A stretch of DNA of 64,000 nucleotides from Spirochaetia bacterium (GCA_965203905.1 CBDBDQ010000005.1:1952001-2016000); one strand, 5' to 3'. Positions 28,347 through 38,746 are shown, counted from the first letter of the stretch. The notes: generated by a model from the sequence alone, not told the origin. Numbers and translations are program-made.

Positions 28347-29486
28347 ATGCCGCTGATTCTCGACTACGAGCCGACCGCCGCCCTGTACCGGCGCTGCGGC
28401 GAGGCGCGGCTCACCATGGCGCGCATCGGCTACAGCGACCAGCGTCACCTGCTCGGCATCGTCGAAGGCGCCGCCCGCTTCGCCCGCGACCACGCCATCG
28501 CCGAACTGCCGCTCGGCATCTTCAGCACCGTCGGCCACTACATCCTGCAGATGCTGCCCCGCTACCTGCGTGCTGACCACGTCATGCCGGCCGCCGGCGG
28601 CGACCCCGCGGCCTACCGCCGCCGGCTGCACCGCAACGCGCGGCTGGCAACCGGCTTCCTGGCCACCCTCACCAGCGCCGGCGACTCCGATTACGGCGCC
28701 GTGCACGTCATCCACCACTACGATCACGGCCATCACACCCTGCCCGGCGGGGTGCGCTCGCAGAACGAGCTGCTGCACGACCTGGAGTTCATCGACCTGT
28801 TCTCCAGCGTGATGTTCGACGACACCCACTCGCCGTTCGACGACAACGTCGCCAGCTCCGCCGAGTACCGCCGCTTCGTCGAGGCGTCGGGGCGCAGGAA
28901 GGTGATGGAGGGCTGCCTGGAGGAGGTGGCCGCCGGCGGCAAGGGGCTGGAAGCGAGTGCCAGCTCCGACCCGGACCAGATCGAGGAGTACCTGGCGCGC
29001 ACCGGGTTCGAGCTGGTGGTGCCCAACATCGGCACCGAGTCGGTCACCAACCGCCAGGTGGGCGTGCAGTGGCAGGTGCTCGAGGCACTGGCCGGGCGCG
29101 GCCTGGGGCAGCGCCTGGTGGTGCACGGCTTCAGCTCCGTGCGGCGGCTTGCGGTGACGGAACAACGCCGCCTGGGGGAGCTGGGGGTGGTGGCGATGAA
29201 CGCCTTCAGCTACATCCCGCAGGAGATCGGCCGCCGCCTGCTGCAGGAGGCCGCGGCGCTGCACGGCGCCCGCGACCCGGAACGCGGCTACCCCACCGGC
29301 TTCGCCGCCGACGGCACCCCGCGGTACCCGGATGCCGCCGGCCGCGGCGACGCCAACGTGTTCTTCGGCCCCCTGCTGGACCAACTCCGCGACCTGCAGG
29401 TGGAGCTGATCGCCGCCAGCGTCTACGAGATCCTGGACCACCTGGGCTACGCCCGCCTCGCCGGCCGCGGTGTTACCGAGGACTGA
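28347..29486 (+). CDS. Divergent class II (metal) aldolase-like protein
   Basis: HYDH, FSSVMFD...PFDDN, ME..LEE, PNIGTE and LVVHG match the class II FBA motif order. Confidence 0.65.
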   Translation: MPLILDYEPTAALYRRCGEARLTMARIGYSDQRHLLGIVEGAARFARDHAIAELPLGIFSTVGHYILQMLPRYLRADHVMPAAGGDPAAYRRRLHRNARLATGFLATLTSAGDSDYGAVHVIHHYDHGHHTLPGGVRSQNELLHDLEFIDLFSSVMFDDTHSPFDDNVASSAEYRRFVEASGRRKVMEGCLEEVAAGGKGLEASASSDPDQIEEYLARTGFELVVPNIGTESVTNRQVGVQWQVLEALAGRGLGQRLVVHGFSSVRRLAVTEQRRLGELGVVAMNAFSYIPQEIGRRLLQEAAALHGARDPERGYPTGFAADGTPRYPDAAGRGDANVFFGPLLDQLRDLQVELIAASVYEILDHLGYARLAGRGVTED

Positions 29487-29528
29487 GAGCCTGTTTAATG
29501 GTAGACTGCAGGAGGAGGCAACCTGCAA

Positions 29529-30446
29529 GTGGCTCGCACAACCAAATCCCGAGCGGACTGGGCAGCCATCGCCGGCGATTGGTCGTTCAAGGGCCGTACT
29601 GCCAAATATACCGGAGCTACAGATGGTGCGGACGGCATAGCACTGTCACCTGACACGCTGCGCAGTGGACGGGTCTCTACGAAGGTACTCCTGAGCGATA
29701 CCGAACGATGTGTTGGACGCATCCTGCTCGGATACGACGCCGAAACAGAACGCTACTTTTCCGTTGGACTAGGGGGAGACAGTTCCGCCTACACGATTGA
29801 GGAATTCATGCCCAGCCAGGGACGACGGGAACCACTGGCGCGCAAGGGGGATGCATCTCAACTCGACAACGAGAACTGGTACGATGTCGAGGTTGAGCTT
29901 CGTGCCAGGAACATTGCGCTGACCGTGAATGGGATCCTGGTGATCAACCGGACGTTACCGTATAACCCCAGCGGTGCGCAGACGGGCTTGTTCGCTCGGG
30001 GCGATGGCGAAGTGCAGTTTGAAGGATTCAGGGTCGATGGGACCCGTCCGAAAGCATTCGTCGTAATGCAATTCGAAGAAACCTACGACAACCTGTATAG
30101 AGAGGTAATCCGACCTGTTTGCGAAAAAAGCGGGTTCCAGGTAGAGCGTGCCGATGACGTGTTTCGTCCCGGCACGATTCTACAGGACATCATCAATGGC
30201 CTCCTGGACTCGGACGTGGTGATTGCGGAGGTGTCGTCGGATAACCCCAACGTGTTCTACGAGCTTGGGTATGCTCATGCGCTTGACAAGCCAACAGTGC
30301 TACTTGCTCGTCATGGAGGGGATTTTCCATTCGATATCAGAGGCTTTCGCGTAATCTTCTACGATGACACCATAGGCGGCAAGCCGCAGGTCGAAGCAAC
30401 GCTTGACAAGCATCTATCGAACATCAAGCGCGGTCAGGTCGCGTAA
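29529..30446 (+). CDS. ConA/lectin-like domain fused to nucleoside-deoxyribosyltransferase/TIR-like domain
   Basis: N-term beta-sandwich (GDWSF...WYDVEVEL...GQTGLF); C-term KAFVVMQF...VERAD...NPNVFYELGYAHAL...PFDI; lower GC; GGAGG RBS. Confidence 0.75.
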   Translation: MARTTKSRADWAAIAGDWSFKGRTAKYTGATDGADGIALSPDTLRSGRVSTKVLLSDTERCVGRILLGYDAETERYFSVGLGGDSSAYTIEEFMPSQGRREPLARKGDASQLDNENWYDVEVELRARNIALTVNGILVINRTLPYNPSGAQTGLFARGDGEVQFEGFRVDGTRPKAFVVMQFEETYDNLYREVIRPVCEKSGFQVERADDVFRPGTILQDIINGLLDSDVVIAEVSSDNPNVFYELGYAHALDKPTVLLARHGGDFPFDIRGFRVIFYDDTIGGKPQVEATLDKHLSNIKRGQVA

Positions 30447-30449
30447 CTG

Positions 30450-30836
30450 ATGCCGCGCGTCGTACACTTCGAGATCCACGCGCAGGACCCCGAGCGCGCC
30501 GTCCGCTTCTACGAGCGGGTGTTTGGGTGGAGCGCGCAGCGCTGGGGCAGCGAGGAATACTGGCTGCTCACTACCGGCTCCGCCGAGGAGCGCGGCATCG
30601 ACGGCGCCATCCTGCCGCGCCGTGGCGACCCGCCGGCAGCAGGCGCGCCGGTGAGCGGCTACGTGTGCACGGTGGAGGTGAATGACCTCGACCGCTACCT
30701 GGCCGAGGCCACCGCCGCAGGCGGAACGATTGCCGTCGCCAAGCTGGCGGTGAAGGGGGTGGGCTGGCTGGCCTACTGCCGGGACACCGAGGACAACATC
30801 TTCGGCCTCATGCAGCCGGACCCCGCCGCCGCCTGA
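30450..30836 (+). CDS. VOC (glyoxalase) family protein
   Basis: VVHFEI...FYERVFGW...DTEDNIFGL. Confidence 0.92.
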   Translation: MPRVVHFEIHAQDPERAVRFYERVFGWSAQRWGSEEYWLLTTGSAEERGIDGAILPRRGDPPAAGAPVSGYVCTVEVNDLDRYLAEATAAGGTIAVAKLAVKGVGWLAYCRDTEDNIFGLMQPDPAAA

Positions 30837-31007
30837 AACCTCGCCAGCCTGTCCGTCACCTGCCGCGGCCGGCGCCGCGGACGCGGAACCGACAACGCGT
30901 CCCAGGTCGCGGGCGTCGTGGCTCCGCAACCGCCGCCCGCGGCGGCTCCGATGTTACACATAATTAACGTGGTGTTTGCTTTGAGCGACATACGGTACGG
31001 TACACTT

Positions 31008-32873
31008 ATGCGCATGTGTGGATTTCCAAGGACCAGAGGGAAGAACTGGGCGTCCCTGCTCGCCGCCGCGGTTCTGATTCTGATACCCGGCAGCGTCCTG
31101 TGGGCGGCCGGCGTCGCGGACGAGGAGATGTCCGAGGGCGAGGCGATGAGCGAGCGCGAGAGGGCGCGCGCCGAGATCCTCGCCAAGATGACCGAGCGCC
31201 CCGGCGGCAAGGAATGGGAGCTGGGCACCGTCCGCGGTACCTGGCTCAGCTCGATCAACAACGACCCCAAGAGCTTCAACACCATGCTGGCGCGCGACGG
31301 CGACACCGCGGCCGTGGTCGGCGTGCTGTTCGACTACCTGGCCGATTACGATCCCTACACCCGCGAGTTCAAGCCCAACCTGGCCAGCTTCGAGGTGGAG
31401 GTGGACGAGGAGGCCGATACCCTCACGGTGACCTATACCCTGCGCGACGACCTCTACTGGACTGCCCTCGCCGATCCCGAATCCCGGGTGCAGGTGACCG
31501 CCGACGACATCGTGTTCTGGTATGACGAGATCGAAGGCGACCAGGAGCTGCAGCAGCCCGGCTATGCCGGACAGTTCATCGAGATGCCGGACGGCTCGGA
31601 GGCGCGCATCGAGGTGACGCGGATCGACGATTTCACGGTGGCGTTCCACTACCCGCGCATCGTCGCCAACCCGATCCTGTCCACCAACATGGAATTCGGC
31701 CCGCGCTACCTGTACGAGCCGGCCAAGCAGGAGGGCGGCGCCGAGGGCGTGCTCAACCTGTTCAGCATCGACACCGATCCCGCCACCATCCCCTCCATCG
31801 GCCAGTACTACATCGCAGAGTATGAGCCGGGAGTACGCGTGGTCCTGCAGCGCAATCCCAACTACTGGAAGAAGGATGCGGCCGGCGTCACGCTGCCCTA
31901 CATCGAGCGCGTGATCTACCAGATCGTTCCCGACAAGAACACCGAGTTTCTGCTGTTCAAGGAGGGTAACAAGGATTCTTACGGGCTGCGGCCCGAGGAC
32001 ATCGACGAGCTGCTGGCGGTGGAGGATCCCGACTTCACCGTCTACAATGGGGGCGCCTCCCTGGGCTCCGCCTTCGTGGCGTTCAACCAGAATCCGGACA
32101 CCATGGACCCGTTGGTCTACAGCTGGTTCAGCCAGACCAGGTTCCGCCAGGCGATGAGCTCGGTGCTCAACCGCGACCGTATCGCCAGCCAGGTGTACCG
32201 CGGGCTGGCCGAGCCGGCGCTGCACTTCTTCGCCCGCGCCAACCCCTATTTCGACGAGTCGATCCGGCAGCGCTTCGACTACAACCCCGACCGCGCGCGC
32301 GAGCTGCTGGCCGAGATCGGCATCCGTCCCAACGCCGACGGGCTGATGGAGGATGCCGACGGCAACCACATCGAGTTCAACATCCACGTCGGCGCCGAGA
32401 ACAACGTCGGGGTGGACATCATGAACATCTTCGCCGACGAGCTGAAGCAGGTCGGCATCACCGGCAACGTACGCCCGATCGACTTCCAGAAGCTGGTGCA
32501 GATGCTGACCAGCACCTACGACTGGCACGTGGCCACCGCCTCGCTGGGCTCCAACTACTGGCCCGAGGGGGGCAGCAACGTGTGGCAGTCGAAGGGCAAC
32601 TTCCACCTCTGGCACCCGCTGCAGGAGGAGCCCTACACCGAGTGGGAGGCGCGCGTCGACCACCTGTACAACGATGGCCGCTTCACCATCGACAAGGAGA
32701 AGGCGAAGGTGATCTACGACGAGTACCAGCAACTCCTCCTTGACCAGGTCCCGATGACCTACATCGTGTACCCGCTTGCTTTCCGAGCGGTACGCAACAA
32801 GTGGGGGAACGTGTTCTACGACACCTTGAACGGCCTCGACTCAACGTATCTCTACCTGCTCGACGCCGAATAA
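31008..32873 (+). CDS. ABC transporter substrate-binding protein, family 5
   Basis: Signal peptide; DPKSFN, PNLA, LRDDL.W, RNPNYW...LPYI, FRQAMS. Start at 31008 or 31014. Confidence 0.9.
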   Translation: MRMCGFPRTRGKNWASLLAAAVLILIPGSVLWAAGVADEEMSEGEAMSERERARAEILAKMTERPGGKEWELGTVRGTWLSSINNDPKSFNTMLARDGDTAAVVGVLFDYLADYDPYTREFKPNLASFEVEVDEEADTLTVTYTLRDDLYWTALADPESRVQVTADDIVFWYDEIEGDQELQQPGYAGQFIEMPDGSEARIEVTRIDDFTVAFHYPRIVANPILSTNMEFGPRYLYEPAKQEGGAEGVLNLFSIDTDPATIPSIGQYYIAEYEPGVRVVLQRNPNYWKKDAAGVTLPYIERVIYQIVPDKNTEFLLFKEGNKDSYGLRPEDIDELLAVEDPDFTVYNGGASLGSAFVAFNQNPDTMDPLVYSWFSQTRFRQAMSSVLNRDRIASQVYRGLAEPALHFFARANPYFDESIRQRFDYNPDRARELLAEIGIRPNADGLMEDADGNHIEFNIHVGAENNVGVDIMNIFADELKQVGITGNVRPIDFQKLVQMLTSTYDWHVATASLGSNYWPEGGSNVWQSKGNFHLWHPLQEEPYTEWEARVDHLYNDGRFTIDKEKAKVIYDEYQQLLLDQVPMTYIVYPLAFRAVRNKWGNVFYDTLNGLDSTYLYLLDAE

Positions 32874-32898
32874 CGGCGGACGTGCGGAGGCGGCGGCG

Positions 32899-34002
32899 AT
32901 GAGTCGGGCCGCGACCCGGCCGGCGGCGGCGCACCCCGGTCGGGGCGGGACGCTCCCGCGCCGGTCCCCGATCGGCCGCCGCCTCCCGCTGCTGTACTTC
33001 CTGGCCACGCGGCTGGCGTCGATGGTGGCCATCCTGCTGGTGCTGGGCCTGGCGGTGTTCGGGCTGATGAAGCTGGCCCCCAGCGACATGGTGGAGAACT
33101 ACGTCCGCGCCCAGATGCTGGTCTCCGCCGACCGGCAGGCGGACAACGTCTACACCGAGGAGCAGATCGCCGCCGCCAGGGCGCGGCTCGGCCTCGACCT
33201 GCCGTTCTATGCCCAGTATGCGCGCTGGCTCTACCAGGTGGTGGTGGAACGTGACCTGGGCCGATCGCTGATTTCGCGCGCGCCGATCCTGTTCCTGATT
33301 CAGTCGCGCATGGTCAATTCCCTGGTCCTGAACCTGATCTCGCTGGTATTCCTGACGCTGCTGTCATTTGCAACCGGCCTCTACTTTTCCTCGAAGGCGG
33401 GCACCAGGGTGGATCTGGCGGCGACCTTCACGGCGCTGCTGCTGCACGCCTTTCCCGGCATCCTGCTGCTGATCCTGCTGCAACTGTTTGCCGCCGTAAG
33501 CGGCTGGTTTCCGATCACCGCCTATCCCGATTTCCCGTTCCGAGAGGCGCCGCTGCCGTTCTCGTTCAGCTACCTGCACCACATCGCGCTGCCGCTGTTC
33601 GCCGCGTTCCTGGGCGGCGTGGGCGGCACCATGCGCTACATCCGCGCCACCATGCTCGATCAGCTCGGCCAGCCATGGGTGACCGCGTTGCGCTCGCGCG
33701 GCATCAGTGAACGGCGGATCTACGTGGTGCACGCCTTCCGCAACACCCTCAATCCCTATATCACCAGCAGCGCCGACCTGTTCGCGGGACTGTTCTCGGG
33801 GTCGCTGATCCTGGAGATCATCTTCTCCTATCCGGGCATCGGACGGCTGATGTACGAGGCGGTGCGCCAGGAGGACATCAACCTGGTGCTGGCCAACATC
33901 ATGTTCATCAGTTTTCTGATCCTGCTGGGCATGATCGCGGCCGACGTGCTGCTGGCGCTGGTCGACCCGCGCATCCGTTATTCCGGCAGCGGTGATGGCT
34001 GA
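32899..34002 (+). CDS. ABC transporter permease (DppB-like)
   Basis: LGLDLP..QY..W, DLGRS, ALRSRG, IFSYPGIG, VDPRIRY. Confidence 0.9.
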   Translation: MSRAATRPAAAHPGRGGTLPRRSPIGRRLPLLYFLATRLASMVAILLVLGLAVFGLMKLAPSDMVENYVRAQMLVSADRQADNVYTEEQIAAARARLGLDLPFYAQYARWLYQVVVERDLGRSLISRAPILFLIQSRMVNSLVLNLISLVFLTLLSFATGLYFSSKAGTRVDLAATFTALLLHAFPGILLLILLQLFAAVSGWFPITAYPDFPFREAPLPFSFSYLHHIALPLFAAFLGGVGGTMRYIRATMLDQLGQPWVTALRSRGISERRIYVVHAFRNTLNPYITSSADLFAGLFSGSLILEIIFSYPGIGRLMYEAVRQEDINLVLANIMFISFLILLGMIAADVLLALVDPRIRYSGSGDG

Positions 34003-35158
34003 GGCGGCGGCCCGCGTCGGGCGCGGCACGGTGCTGTGGCAGCGGTTGCGCGCGCGGCCGGTGGCGGCCGCGTCGGTGCTGGTGCTGGCGTTGCTGTACG
34101 GGGCCATGCTGCTGGCGGAGTTCCTGGCACCCTACGCGCCCACCACGGTGTTCCGCTTCCACACCCACCAGCCGTCGACGCTCGGTTTCTACTCGCGTGA
34201 GCTGGGGTTCGGACCGCAGGTGCAGCATCGCGTCCTGGTCGACGAGGTGACCCGACGCTACGCGCGCATTCGTGGCCAGCACTACCGGGTGCGGCTGTTC
34301 GTACGCGGCGAACCGTACCGGTTGTGGGGCCTGGTGCCGCTGCGGGTGCACCTGTTCGGCACCACGGCGCCGTACGTGGACGCGGAGGGCGCAACCGTGC
34401 ACGCGCCGGCGGGAACCGATCCCTGGCAGGGCACCGGCCAGGCGTATCCGGTGTTCCTGCTGGGATCCGATCACCTGGGCCGCGACATCTTCTCGCGCAT
34501 CCTGTACGGCTCGCGCATCTCCCTGACCATCGGCTTCATCGGCATCTCTATCTCGCTGAGCCTGGCGATCATCCTCGGCGGGCTGGCTGGTTATTACGGC
34601 GGGGCGGTGGACTGGACCATCATGCGTCTGGCCGAGTTGTTCATACTGATTCCGGGCCTCTACCTGATCCTGTTCCTGCGCTCCATCCTGTCCTACGAGT
34701 GGGACTCCGGGCAGTCGTTCGTGGTGATTACCGCCATCCTGTCGTTCGTCAGTTGGCCCGGTACCGCGCGCCTGATTCGCGGCATGGTACACAGCATCAA
34801 GACCGAGGACTTCGTGGCGGCCGCCCAGCTGCAGGGTATTCCGGCGCTGGCAATCATCGTCACCCAGATCATCCCGCAGATGGCGTCGATCCTGATCGTA
34901 AGCGTCGCGCTGGGCATCCCCGGCTTCATCCTCGGGGAAACGGTTCTCTCCTACCTGGGCCTGGGGATCACCGATCCGGCGGTGAGCTGGGGCTCGATGC
35001 TGAACCGCAACGTCACCCAGCTCAGCAACCTGCGCAGCTTCCCGTGGTTCCTCTACCCCGGCGTGGCGCTGATTCTGGTGACGCTGGCGTTCAACTTCCT
35101 CGGCGACCTGCTGCGCGACCTGTTCGATCCCTACCACCAGGAGCGGGCCCGTGGTTGA
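33992..35158 (+). CDS. ABC transporter permease (DppC-like)
   Basis: LGSDHLGRDIFSRILYGSRISL; ETVLSYLGLG; FNFLGD.LRD. Confidence 0.9.
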   Translation: MMAEAAARVGRGTVLWQRLRARPVAAASVLVLALLYGAMLLAEFLAPYAPTTVFRFHTHQPSTLGFYSRELGFGPQVQHRVLVDEVTRRYARIRGQHYRVRLFVRGEPYRLWGLVPLRVHLFGTTAPYVDAEGATVHAPAGTDPWQGTGQAYPVFLLGSDHLGRDIFSRILYGSRISLTIGFIGISISLSLAIILGGLAGYYGGAVDWTIMRLAELFILIPGLYLILFLRSILSYEWDSGQSFVVITAILSFVSWPGTARLIRGMVHSIKTEDFVAAAQLQGIPALAIIVTQIIPQMASILIVSVALGIPGFILGETVLSYLGLGITDPAVSWGSMLNRNVTQLSNLRSFPWFLYPGVALILVTLAFNFLGDLLRDLFDPYHQERARG

Positions 35159-36341
35159 GCTGGGTTTCGGTCCGCCCTACGAGGTGGTCGGGCTGACGGT
35201 GACGTTTGCTACCGAGCGCGGGCCATTGTACGCGGTGCGGGGCGTCGACCTGGAGATCCACGCCGGCACCGTGGTCGGCCTGGTGGGCGAAAGCGGCTCG
35301 GGCAAGAGCGTGACCGCGCAGGCGCTGTTGCGGCTGCTGCCGCCCCATGCCCGGGTGACGGCGCCGCGGCTGCGCTTCCGCGGCGCGGACGTCGTGACCA
35401 TGCCGCCCGCGGAGTTGCAGCGGCTGCGCGGGGGCCGGGTGGGGATGATCTTCCAGGAGCCGGCGCGCTCGTTCGATCCGATCTACTCGATCGAGCGCTC
35501 GCTGGCCGAGACCCTGCACACGCATCGTCCCGAGCTCGATCCCGAGGCGCTGCACGCGCGCTCGGTGGCGCTGCTGCAGGAGGTGGGCATCGCCGAGGCG
35601 GAGCGCCGCCTGGCCAGCTTCCCGCACCAGTTCTCCGGCGGCATGCTGCAGCGGGTGATGATCGCCCACGCCCTGGCCGCCGACCCGGAGGTGCTGATCG
35701 CCGACGAGCCCACCACCGCGCTCGACGTCACGGTGCAGGCGCAGGTGGTGGATCTGCTGCTGCGGCTGCGCGCCGCACGCCGGCTGGCGATCCTGTTCAT
35801 CAGCCACGACCTGGCCCTGGTCGGCCAGATCGCCGACCGCCTGGTGGTGATGTACGGCGGCCTGGTGATGGAGCAGGGCCCCGCGGCCGCGGTCCTGCAC
35901 ACGCCGCGGCACCCCTACACGCGCGCCCTGCTCGAAGCCCACCTGCCGCTCGGCGTGCACTACACCGAGCAGCCGCTGCACGCCATTCCCGGCAACGTGC
36001 CCGATCCGCTGCACCCGGAGCCCGGCTGCCCGTTCGCGCCGCGCTGCGCGCTGGCGGAGGCGCGCTGCAGCCGCGCCATACCGCCGCTGGTCGCCGAGCC
36101 TGCGGCCGTAGCGGGCGCGGACGAACGCGCGGCCGCCGCCGCGGATCCCGCACCGGTGAGTGCCGCCTTGCAGGTCGCGAACGCGGGTAAACCCGCCGCT
36201 CCCGCCGCACACCGGGATCCGGTGTCCGCCGGCGCGCAGCACCGCGTCCGGGCCGGGGACGCGACCGCGGCCAGCGCGCGCCCCGCCGATTCCATCCATC
36301 ATCGCTGCGTACTGCCGGGAGCGAAGGGAGTCCCATGCTGA
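35151..36341 (+). CDS. ABC transporter ATP-binding protein (DppD-like)
   Basis: GESGSGKS, FSGGM, ADEPTTALD, HPYT, GCPFAPRC. Confidence 0.9.
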   Translation: MVELGFGPPYEVVGLTVTFATERGPLYAVRGVDLEIHAGTVVGLVGESGSGKSVTAQALLRLLPPHARVTAPRLRFRGADVVTMPPAELQRLRGGRVGMIFQEPARSFDPIYSIERSLAETLHTHRPELDPEALHARSVALLQEVGIAEAERRLASFPHQFSGGMLQRVMIAHALAADPEVLIADEPTTALDVTVQAQVVDLLLRLRAARRLAILFISHDLALVGQIADRLVVMYGGLVMEQGPAAAVLHTPRHPYTRALLEAHLPLGVHYTEQPLHAIPGNVPDPLHPEPGCPFAPRCALAEARCSRAIPPLVAEPAAVAGADERAAAAADPAPVSAALQVANAGKPAAPAAHRDPVSAGAQHRVRAGDATAASARPADSIHHRCVLPGAKGVPC

Positions 36342-37222
36342 CCCTGGACGCGGTCAGCAAGCGGTTCGCCCTGAAGGCCGGCTACTTCGCCGCGGCCCGG
36401 CGCCACGTATACGCGGTGCGCGAGGTGAGCCTGCGCGTCGCGGCGGGCGAGACCTACGGGCTGGTCGGCGAGTCGGGCAGCGGCAAGACCACGACCGCGC
36501 GCCTGGCGGTGGGCATGTACCGGCCGGACAGCGGTGCCATCACCTATCGCGACCGCGCTGGCGACCTGCATCAGGTCGACCGCTCGGGTGCCCGCGCGCG
36601 GCGCGAGCTGCGCACCCGGCTGGCGTACGTGTTCCAGGACCCGGCGCGCTCCCTCAACCCGCGCATGCGGGTCGAGTCGATCCTGCTCGCCGGCCTGCGC
36701 TACACCGCGAGCTGGCGCGGCCTGGACGACGGCCGCGCCCGGGCCCTGGAAGCCCTGGAGGCGGTGGGGCTGGCCGCGCGCCACCTGAGCCGCCGCCCGC
36801 CCGACTTCTCCGGCGGCCAGCGCCAGCGCGTCGCCATCGCCCGCGCCCTGATCGTCCAGCCCGAGACCATCATCTGCGACGAGATCGTCTCCGCCCTCGA
36901 CGTGTCGATCCGCAGCCAGATCCTCGACCTGCTGCAGCGCCTGCGCCGCGAGCTGGGGCTGACCCTGCTGTTCATCTCCCACGACCTGGCCGTGGTCACC
37001 TACTTCTGCGACCGCGTCGGCGTGATGCAGGGCGGCCGGCTGGTGGAAGAGGCCGGCGCCCGCGAGCTGGTTACCAACCCGCGCCACGACTACACCCGCC
37101 ACCTCTACGCCGCCGTCCCCAGACTCCCGGAACCGTTGGAGATCCGCGGCAACCAGCCCTTGAACGAAAGCCTCATTCGAGGTCTGGAGGACGCCGAGGA
37201 GCGACGTGGCAGGTACGTCTGA
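36335..37222 (+). CDS. ABC transporter ATP-binding protein (DppF-like)
   Basis: GESGSGKT, FSGGQRQR, CDEIVSALD, HDYT. Confidence 0.9.
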   Translation: MLTLDAVSKRFALKAGYFAAARRHVYAVREVSLRVAAGETYGLVGESGSGKTTTARLAVGMYRPDSGAITYRDRAGDLHQVDRSGARARRELRTRLAYVFQDPARSLNPRMRVESILLAGLRYTASWRGLDDGRARALEALEAVGLAARHLSRRPPDFSGGQRQRVAIARALIVQPETIICDEIVSALDVSIRSQILDLLQRLRRELGLTLLFISHDLAVVTYFCDRVGVMQGGRLVEEAGARELVTNPRHDYTRHLYAAVPRLPEPLEIRGNQPLNESLIRGLEDAEERRGRYV

Positions 37223-37237
37223 ATATCGGGTCTTCAA

Positions 37238-38701
37238 CTACTCCTCCGCTACGCGAATGCGCTCCAGATCGTCGTTGAGCTCGCGCACCACCGCCGGGTT
37301 GTCGCAGTAGCGGTTGTAGACTTCTCCGGGATCGTCGGACATGTGGTAGAGCTGTCCGGGGCTGCCCGGCACCGGCCCGGAGCCGGCGCCGCCGTGGTTG
37401 CCGCGCCACACGTCGCCGGAGTCGTCGCACTCGACGATCAGCTTCCAATTGCCGGCGCGCTCGCTGGAGCGCAGCGAGAACACGCCGAGGCAGGAGTGGT
37501 GGACCAGGTGATCGCGCGCCGGACGCCCGCTCTCCCCGCGCAGCGCGGGCAACAGATCGACGCTGTCCACGGCAACCCCCTCGGGCAGCTCGGCGCCGAC
37601 GATGGCGGCGGCCGTGGCCATCAGGTCCTGGAGTCCCGCCAGCTCGTGGCACCCGCTCCCCGGCTCGATGGTGCCCGGCCAGCGCGCCAGGAACGGCTCG
37701 CGGTGGCCGCCGTCCCAGATGTGTCCCTTGTAGCCGCGCCAGTCGCCGCACGAGCGATGGCCGTAGGTGCGTCCCAGGCAGCCCGGCAGCGCGCCGTTGT
37801 CGCTGGTCACGACCAGCAGGGTGTCCTCAGCCAGCCCCAGCCGCTCCAGCGCATCCATCACCTGGCCCACCATCCAGTCGTACAGCCACACCATGTCGCC
37901 GCGTGGCCCGGCTTCGCTCTTGCCACGCGCAAAATCCGGAACCGCGCTCTCGATGCACGGCTCGTGCGGCGCCGAGGCGGCCAGGTACAGGAAGAACGGG
38001 GTGTCGGGTGAGGCGGCGCGCTGCTCCAGGTACTGGAGCGCCGTGCGGGTGAAGGTCGGATCGACCTCCTTGTGCCGCCAGCCCGGCACCATCAGGCCGT
38101 CACGGCCGCCCGGCTCGATGTCGGCCTTGCGCAGCGAGGGGATGCCCACCATGCGGTCGCCGTCGATGAACCCGTACGGAGGTTGCGCGGTGGCGCAGCC
38201 GGAGGTGCCGAAGAAGCGGTCGAAGCCCAGCTCCAGCGGCCCGCCGGTGATCGGCCTGGCGAAGTCGATCTTGGCTTCCTCGGCGGCCGGCGGAGGTGGG
38301 CTGGGCCACGGCAACTCGCGGTCCAGCAGCGAGAAGCGCTCGCCCTCCCGTACTCCCCAGCCGAGGCCCAGGTGCCACTTGCCGACGCAGGCCGTGTGGT
38401 AGCCGTGCTCGCGCAGCAGCGATGCCAGCGTCGGCCGCTCCGGCTCGATCAGTGGCAACTCGTAGTTGTACAGCACTTCCTCCCTGAGCGCGCTGCGCCA
38501 GCAGTAGCGGCCGGTCAACAGGCCGTAGCGGGTCGGCGTGCAGACCGCGGACGGCGAGTGCATGTCGGTGAAGCGCATCCCCTGGCGCGCCAGGCGGTCC
38601 ATGTTGGGGGTGGGAATCCTGGAGTCGCGGTTGTAGCAGCCCGGATCCCCGTACCCCATGTCGTCGGCAAGGAGGAAAACGATGTTCGGCAAGCGTTTCA
38701 C
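37238..38701 (-). CDS. Arylsulfatase (formylglycine-dependent)
   Basis: PNIVFLLADD, CTPTR, GKWHLG, SDNG. Confidence 0.93.
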   Translation of the reverse strand: MKRLPNIVFLLADDMGYGDPGCYNRDSRIPTPNMDRLARQGMRFTDMHSPSAVCTPTRYGLLTGRYCWRSALREEVLYNYELPLIEPERPTLASLLREHGYHTACVGKWHLGLGWGVREGERFSLLDRELPWPSPPPPAAEEAKIDFARPITGGPLELGFDRFFGTSGCATAQPPYGFIDGDRMVGIPSLRKADIEPGGRDGLMVPGWRHKEVDPTFTRTALQYLEQRAASPDTPFFLYLAASAPHEPCIESAVPDFARGKSEAGPRGDMVWLYDWMVGQVMDALERLGLAEDTLLVVTSDNGALPGCLGRTYGHRSCGDWRGYKGHIWDGGHREPFLARWPGTIEPGSGCHELAGLQDLMATAAAIVGAELPEGVAVDSVDLLPALRGESGRPARDHLVHHSCLGVFSLRSSERAGNWKLIVECDDSGDVWRGNHGGAGSGPVPGSPGQLYHMSDDPGEVYNRYCDNPAVVRELNDDLERIRVAEE

Positions 38702-38746
38702 GATGAAACATCATAACGCCAGATCGCGCTCTCGTTGACCGCCGTA

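Noticed and set aside
29487-29498. GAGCCTGTTTAA resembling an IS5-type terminal repeat at the GC shift
   Set aside because: No partner inverted repeat or transposase found.
27732-30866. Shared GTCACCTGCCG in two intergenic regions
   Set aside because: An 11-mer in GC-rich DNA with no extended similarity; plausibly chance.
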